Source: Octopus sinensis
Taxonomy: Eukaryota
Length of the DNA stretch: 16,705 nucleotides
Reading direction: 5' to 3'
NCBI RefSeq assembly: GCF_006345805.1
Contig: NW_021825066.1
Coordinates: 1 to 16,705 of the forward strand
Shown: in pieces, positions 10,125-16,705 of the stretch
How positions within the stretch are numbered: position 1 is the first letter of the stretch
Layout of the letters: each line of letters starts with the position of its first letter
Translations under genes and position numbers: made by a program
The notes under the pieces: model-generated
The model's input: only the letters and a program-made list of their open reading frames with translations
What the model was told of the DNA's origin: nothing
The model's database searches: none

Positions 10125-11328
10125 ACAACTTGGATGCTAGTGATTTTATATTGAATTTTTCTGATTAGAAATCAATGCAATTAAATTAATTATTAAATTT
10201 GACAGTCACCATGACAGGCATTATTATTTATTGACAGGTGACATGTAACCACCATGGGATGGGTAGCTTGTGTGGGACGCGACATATTAATATGTGACAT
10301 TTTTTTATTGATTTTCTCATTTTGATAGTAAATCTCACATCTTAAGTACACGCTACATTGTTCCTTAGTTTGAGATAGAAAAAAAGGTTTAGAGAAGGTC
10401 TAACAAGTTAATATAGTAGACCATCATGGGAGGCAGTTGTCCTGGAAAAATCAGGTTGATTGGTTGCACACACGTGGAGATCTCGTTTTTTGTGAAAATA
10501 AAAACGCATTTTTAGACTTGAATATGAACGCTATTATTTTAGAAGTGATTTGTTATGTTGCTTGCCACTAAAGTTAGTTTTTTTGATTTATTTGATCAAA
10601 TTGAGTAAGCTACTTCCGTTTGATTTATTACAATAGCGGACTAAAATTGATCCAAACTTGATCCTGAAGGCCATCGCACGTGGTGCAGCCACTAGAAACG
10701 AAAATTCAGCCATTTGAGTTCTTGTGGTGCTTTTTCTTGAGTCACGCTAACAAACTTTAAAGGACTAACTATTAAACACTGTCGGTTATGTGCTCGGTGA
10801 CCATTCACAAGGCTTCCGACTCTTTGTCTAGGATAACACTAAGTAGGAAAGTATTTCTCAGCAATTTTCCTTCCATCCTAAAAAAGTTTCTCCCCCTTTG
10901 ACAATCCTTCAAATCCATTTTTGTTGAATTCTGAATCTGTATGAAAATTGATTTACGATTATCGTACTTCTTTCCGCATTCATATCCGAATCCTAAAATC
11001 GGCCCGTGTTTCGGTGGCCCTAAATTTATCCGCTCTAATTGAATCTGTCATTTTCAATCCATTCGTTTTTAATTAGAATCGTTTTTAATTGGAATCGGGT
11101 AACAGTAGTGAGGGAATTGTCGGTCTCCATCCTATTCATGTGGGAGACTTAATTTCCGACACTGATAGTACTGAAATCACCTTTTAAATGCTTTCACTAA
11201 GCAATTTATCCCTAAGTGGAAAAATTTCTGATCATGCTAGAATTCTGTTCTTTTCCGCGAATAATACAGCCCTGGGAAAAAAGATACTGACAGCAGGCCT
11301 AGTGCTGTTGGAAAAAAAATTTTAACAA

Positions 11329-11980
11329 TCACCGTATAGTACAAAGTTGAGTGAATTCAACAGAAGAAAAGTCCAAATCCTCATAATTAGCAAACCTAAT
11401 CGCTGGTCCTCTCAACATAATCTGTCTTATATTTACATTCCGTCCATTGTATTCATTGTCAGCAATCAACACCTTATTATATATTATATGTAATATACTT
11501 GTATCATATATGTCTTATGGAATCTTCCATCGTGCTCAGAATTGTCGCCTGGCAGAGGGATCACAACCCAACCAGAGAACGTGTTGATTTTATTTTGGCA
11601 AAGTAAAGTCAGATTGGAATGACTCGACCCAGACATGATTATAATACTAAAGTATATAAATATTTTTATCTTTAAATAAATACTGTGATGGGGTGTAGCT
11701 TTCGTCACGTTTGTAGTCCACAAAAAGGCAAACGTCAACGACGGTCATTAGTCGATTAAACTGGATATTAATATGGTGAGGTTTCTTGCCATCACTTTGC
11801 CAATATGTGACGAGAGAACCATCGATCATCGAGTTAACATTGTGATCTAATATGCTGAGCACTCCTTGAACTTTTTTTTGCAGAAGAAACGGAAATAATT
11901 CCAAGGCGGGTAATGTCACATAACTTTATTCCGTTTGGTTCATTTCCAATTGAGTTCGCCTTTATGCGACTAAATACCAT
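11329..11980 (-). CDS. APC10: Anaphase-promoting complex subunit 10 (DOC1), 4 exons, 187 aa
   Basis: Exons 11980-11872, 11846-11684, 11646-11499, 11472-11329 (564 nt); introns of 25, 37 and 26 nt, all GT..AG. Spliced protein: SVSSAKK...TYWQSDGKKPHHINIQF...VDYKRDESYTPS...SGWVVIPL...MIQVLIADNEYNGRNVNIRQI...CTIR*, colinear with the APC10/DOC domain. Confidence 0.92.
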
Positions 11981-13178
11981 CACAATAACTATAATTTCAA
12001 AAATATTTATTAAATATTGTGTGAAAATTTTAAACTTGAACTTTTACATAAATAATAATTATTATCTTTTCAACGGTTTAAAATAAACTCACTTTTAACA
12101 ATCGTCTTGAGCTCAATTCAACTTGGTGTCATTTTGGTAGATCAGAAGCATTTCCTGAACATGTCCTTTTGGCATTATGCTTCTAATTCCTGCAATTCTA
12201 TCTGTCTTTTCGAATGAATTAGTGGCATTCTCTCAAGAAGTGTTCTTAGTCTGCTGATTACACACGTATATTTTTATATTATCGTGCGTTACCACCAATA
12301 TTTGCAGAATTATCACAATTACGTATCTGTTCTTCTATAAAAATGTGCCCTTCTTTGTTCTGTTTGTGCCATCTTTTTGCACATCGATTTTGCCAAGATC
12401 TATGGAAACTGTGAATGCACTCTCTTTTCGGATTTTTCTTACTAGGCAGCTTTGCTATGCGGCATAATTTGTCGAGTTTAATTGAATTTGAGAGCGAGAA
12501 AGGGCAGCAGAGTTTGATAGGGTGTTTAATAAGTGTCAGCAAGACATCGATAGACTAGAAGGTTGCTGTGTTACCTATTTACTGGCATTCCACGCTAACA
12601 CACTCACATAGGCGACCAAATCCAATGAAGAATATTTAAATCGCATGCAAAAAATGGAATCAGATCTAGAAATAGCGGAAGGTCTGCTTTTCTCAATATT
12701 TGCTCAGGTATGCTGGAAAATGAAATTGATACAATCTCATTTGATACATTTGACGATGAATGGAATGACATGAATTCCATTTAACTAATATCCATTATTA
12801 TTGGTCTCTAACCATTCCCTGGATCATTTAACAACACTATTTTTATTTCACTCTAATATATTTATAGAAGAACTGATGTCAGAGAAAAGAATATACAAAG
12901 AAATAAGCGCCAATATTGATTTAGAATACGCAAAACTTGGAGGATTCTGACTGAAACTAATTTTCTAACATTATTTTTAATTTAATTTCTAACAGTTTTT
13001 TTAAACCAAATTAACAATTATTTAAACCAGGTGTTCTCAACCGGGGGCGAAAATTTTGTACAGGGGGGCGATAATATATTTAATAAAATATTCGAATTTT
13101 AATATAATACAAGCATTTATACATGTTAATTTTAATAATGTTTCGGATTTATTAATATTTTTTCTATAGTTTCAGATA

Positions 13179-13763
13179 ATGTTTCAGATTGATCCGTTTT
13201 CTTTGTTTAATATGTGTTATATTGATGTTATAAAAAATTATATTATAATTTTTCCCATGTTTATTGTAGGTAGTACATACGAAACAACTTTAAGAGAACT
13301 TCTAGGAAGTGATACAATCGGGATAATATCATTTTTTAAGGCAAAAGGACTAATGAAATCAAAAATGATGTGTGTTTACTGCAGAAAAGAAATGGTTTGG
13401 GTTTTCAAGCGTACCTTATCTGACCAATATACTTGGAAATGTCAGAATCAAAACTGTTCAAAATACAAGACCACATTGTCAATACGAACAGGTTCTGTTT
13501 TGGCTACTTCGAGTATAAGTCTCAAAACATGATTAGATATTTTGTATAGGTGGAGCAATGAAGAATCAATTGTTATGATTAAAAAATCACTGACTGTATC
13601 ATCTCCAACACTTATAGAAATTTTTAAAACCATTAGAAAATGTATTAACAGACACTTTGAAAGTAATCCCGTAAAATTGAGTGGAGAAAATGTAGTCTGC
13701 CAAATCGATGAAAGTCTCTTTTGTCATAAACAAAAGTTGATTTTTAGTTTTACATTATTTTAA
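13179..13763 (+). pseudogene. 5' half of a Merlin/ISXO2 (IS1595-like) transposase inside the hAT element
   Basis: CVYC...YTWKCQNQNC...SIRTGS zinc ribbon, an HTH-like segment, then KLSGENVVCQIDESLF (first catalytic D). In-frame TGA at 13530-13532 where W is plausible; sequence breaks off after CHKQK. True start uncertain. Confidence 0.75.
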
Positions 13764-13790
13764 TGTTTTCGTCGAATGTTTGACATGTAT

Positions 13791-13874
13791 AAATTTAGGG
13801 GCGTTTGTTTAATATGTGTAAATTTAGGGGCGTTTGTTTAATATGTGTAAATTTGGGGGCGTTTGTTTAATGTG
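13791..13874 (+). repeat. 29-bp tandem repeat, about 3 copies, in the hAT subterminal region
   Basis: AAATTTAGGGGCGTTTGTTTAATATGTGT at 13791, 13820 and 13849. Confidence 0.9.
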
Positions 13875-14024
13875 ATCCCAAAAAACAACCAATTAAGGGA
13901 CAATGCCCAAAAATTTTTAAATTGTATGTGGACAAGGGGGCGATAAAATATCTAAGGGGGCGATGAACAAAAAAAGGTTGAGAATGTCTGATTTAAACTA
14001 TTTTGAGAATTAGGAACAAATGAG

Positions 14025-14095
14025 AGCAGCAAGATCAGGCGAATATGAGGCAGTACTTTTTTTGCCAAATTCTTTCAAGAGACATTTTATCACCC
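14025..14095 (-). pseudogene. Possible mariner transposase remnant
   Basis: Minus strand KCLLKEFGKK / VLPH / YSPDLAA, in shifted frames, resembles the mariner WEVLPHPPYSPDLAP motif. Confidence 0.35.
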
Positions 14096-14693
14096 TGACT
14101 TTAGAGACCAGGTCAGCAGATGGCTTTTTTGTTGTTAGTCAACAATTCTTGCTCGTGGCAAATAACAGCTCTTATTATTTGCTTATTTTCAACAATTTGT
14201 GATAGATTATTACTTTGACATCGCACAATATATCTTTTGTGATGAAATCAAGTTTTTGGTCGATAAACTGACTGTTCTCGACTAATTTAACAACAATGGA
14301 GTTCAGAGGAGTGCTAAAAAAATCTGTTTTTCATTATTTGTGACAATCCCGTCAAAAGATATTTTAGAAATTTATTTAAAACAACTCGTTTAAAACTCAT
14401 TTCCCAACAAAAACAAATTTTCTAATAACTGGTGTATGCAATTTACTTCGTTGATAGATTCTCGGAGAAAAAAATTAACTAATTCGAATCACATGTTTTA
14501 ATTATTTTTGTTTGATTAATATTTTTGTCAAAGTAGCCATCAAGAATTTCCATTGATCTTAAGAATTACTGCAGAATAAAATTGTCGCTATAATCCTAAT
14601 TTAGCTATATGAATACATTTTTAATTCCTTTTCGAAAACTTTTTATTTTTAATTTTTTGACAGATTTAGATTATATTTTCGTTTTCAGATATA

Positions 14694-15834
14694 CAGTCGG
14701 GTAGAGATAATACAGTAAAAATAGTTTAACAAAAAAATATTTTCTTGTAAAAAAATTAAAAATATTCCAAGGCAAGAAATATCACACGAATTTTTCACTA
14801 ATTATTATCTTAAATGACAAATTGTGTCTTTTCTTAAATTTTTCAAGCAAACCATTGAACCTTTGAATGGAATACAGTTCGGAATTCCTAACTACTTTTA
14901 TAGCAACGTTTTTTAAGAATAGGTCCAGAGACTGGAATAAATTCTTTCCTTGCTTTTAAAAAACATTCATAAACAAATTTTATCGAATTTCTGCGACAAA
15001 CTGTCTCTTCTCTGTGAAATTCGACTAAGACAATTTAACAGCGGCGAATCATGCAATCAATGAACGACTTATTGGTGGAAGCAGCCACCACGAGACATCA
15101 GAGGAACCTGTCGTGGACACAAACGCTGTATCCCGGCCATTAGTCTGGCAGAAGGAGGCGGATCGGAAACAAAAAGGAGGAAGCTGAAATAAAGATTATC
15201 TGGGAGTGCTCCAAAAATAGATGTGCCCCAGTGAGGAGGTCCTCCCCAAATGGATGTTGCACTGCATAATTAATTAATGCTTCTTCTCTTTTCAGGACAG
15301 CTACTCCGTTGACTAATCTGGTTCTTTTTTTTATATTTTGTTAAGAAAACTGACTTCTCTTCAGGTTAACTGACACTCCCAGCTCTCCTCCAGTAATACG
15401 ACTATTTGTTTCCTTCGCAACTTGGTGGTTGTCAACCTTCATGACATGTCTGTGTACGGAAAACATGCCCTTCAACGTTTCCTTTATTGTCACTGATTGA
15501 ATGTACGCCTCAGTCAAAACATCTATACTCAACTTTTTCATTTAAAACTTGTAGAACTTTGTAACAACTCCATCCCATGTCAATAAGACAGGGATTATCG
15601 TGTTTGGTGGATTTGTGCCAATTCTCCATTAAGTAGATCATACTTGTAGAATTTCTCTACTTCGACTTGCTTAAAGTTGTCTTGGATGTGATCCCAAATT
15701 GGATTATATTTGTCTCATTTTTTGTTTTATTAAAGACATAAATATCTGGCATGTTGTTTTTAACTTGACTATCAGTTTGAAACGTGGTGTCTACTCTTAT
15801 TTAACACAAGTATTTGTCACGACCGACTGAACTG
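14694..15834. mobile_element. Possible decayed Tc1/IS630-like element
   Basis: TA|CAGTCGG...AATAC at 14692-14713 and GTATT...CCGACTG at ~15810-15829 form a weak inverted pair. The internal minus ORF 15341-15541 only loosely resembles a Tc1/IS630 HTH. Confidence 0.25.
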
Positions 15835-15838
15835 TATA

Positions 15839-16380
15839 CAGTAAAACCTCTGATGCTCGCCATCTCTGTTACTCGCCACCTCTATTGCTCGCCACATATT
15901 ATTATCGGCAACTGCCGTAGAAACATAATAGTTATATTTCCACACGTGCGGCACTTGAAACGTTGACACCGACCCGAATTTGAAGGACACTGATTCTATC
16001 GGAAACACTCCAGCACCGAAATATCCCACGTGTAAGCTTCCTGTGAACGGCAAACCCCTGTCCATAGTGGCTTGATGTCGATGGCAGTAAAATAAGCCTG
16101 TAGTCCCCACGTTTTAGACATAGTGCAATAGAGGGATGTCACCACCTCAACCAAGAGATATTTTTCAACATATTTTTCAAAAAAAGTGGCTCCATTTTCT
16201 TTTGTTTTTCATTTTCTCGCCTGCTTTTGTGATGTTTTTCAAAACAGATTCACAATTTTCAGATGAAATATTATCCGAGTTTGCTTGATAACAAATTTCC
16301 GCGTTTTCATCTTCAGCGTCAAAAGCCATTAGACCTTCAAGTTGTTTTGTATTTGGCAGAAAATCACTTCCATAATTCAT
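15839..16380 (-). mobile_element. Terminus of a second pogo/Tigger-like element, possibly with an acidic transposase C-terminal remnant
   Basis: TA|CAGTAAAACCTC at 15837-15850, followed by three 16-bp repeats A(C/T)CTCTnnT(G/A)CTCGCC at 15846, 15862 and 15878. Minus ORF 16177-16380 is acidic and ends K-rich ...SHFF*. The partner TIR is not in the window. Confidence 0.4.
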
Positions 16381-16705
16381 AAAAATGCTGAATGGTCTAT
16401 GCTTTGTAGTTGCATGGACCGTCTTATTATGTCACAGGCCCTGGGCATTACCGAGCGCTAGACGCGACTTTGACGCCTAACAAGCCTGTCATCAACAAAT
16501 ATATTTATTAAATTATTTAAAATTTTAACATGATTTAAAATTAAAATTTAAATAACTTAAGTTTTCCATTGAATCCCATAAAATAATTTATAAGTAGACC
16601 TTAATATAAAAAGTAAAATCAATGAATACTGAACGCTAATTTGGTTTAGGTTGTGAGGGGGGTAATAATTTGACAGATCTCATTGCTATTTCTCGTTTCA
16701 ATCTC

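Larger units (their letters stand above)
13028..13990. mobile_element. Non-autonomous hAT (Buster/Charlie-type) element, 963 bp, with 8-bp TSD
   Basis: TIRs CAGGTGTTCTCAACC (13028-13042) and GGTTGAGAATGTCTG (13976-13990), 12/15 match. Perfect TSD ATTTAAAC at 13020-13027 and 13991-13998 with central TA. Repeated subterminal GGGGCG motifs at both ends. Confidence 0.85.

Noticed and set aside
10130-11320. Possible genes or elements between the integrase and APC10
   Set aside because: No long ORF, TIR pair or recognisable motif in the frames I examined; a tiny-intron gene cannot be excluded without RNA data.
12279-12760. Cys/His-rich minus ORF (RING-like) and a helical-looking plus frame with stops
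   Set aside because: Ligand spacing does not fit RING or PHD, the plus frame has several stops, and I recognise no family.
13530-13532. TGA recoded as Trp (in-frame TGA in Merlin and at the RT end)
   Set aside because: APC10 uses TGG for its conserved Trp and ends with TGA at the expected C-terminus, so the standard code fits.
16177-16215. PCNA-binding PIP box (QKKMEHFF) at a pogo transposase C-terminus
   Set aside because: Needs two frameshifts within about 30 nt, so it is too speculative to call.

Overview
AT-rich eukaryotic genomic DNA with a standard genetic code and very short (25-37 nt) GT-AG introns. This suggests a compact-genome parasite such as a myxozoan or dicyemid, or possibly a microsporidian-like lineage; the host is inferred only. 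The left 8.9 kb is a 72-75 bp satellite in three arrays (about 20, 35 and 10 monomers) whose monomer carries a 26-bp dyad and one TTAGGG. It is interrupted by (i) a near full-length R4/Dong-clade non-LTR retrotransposon ORF cut off just before its endonuclease, with the same ORF-satellite 3' junction present twice 4376 bp apart, and (ii) a 5'-truncated CRE-clade retrotransposon retaining the restriction-like endonuclease and flanked by an apparent 143-bp duplication. The array ends inside a pogo/Tigger transposase just after its CENP-B-type HTH. The right half holds an intron-split DD35E integrase (Ginger/KRBA2-like), an intact 4-exon APC10 gene, a hAT-type non-autonomous element with an 8-bp TSD carrying the 5' half of a Merlin/ISXO2 transposase, and Tc1/mariner/pogo remnants. 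Frameshifts can mostly be placed in homopolymer runs, so some may be long-read errors.
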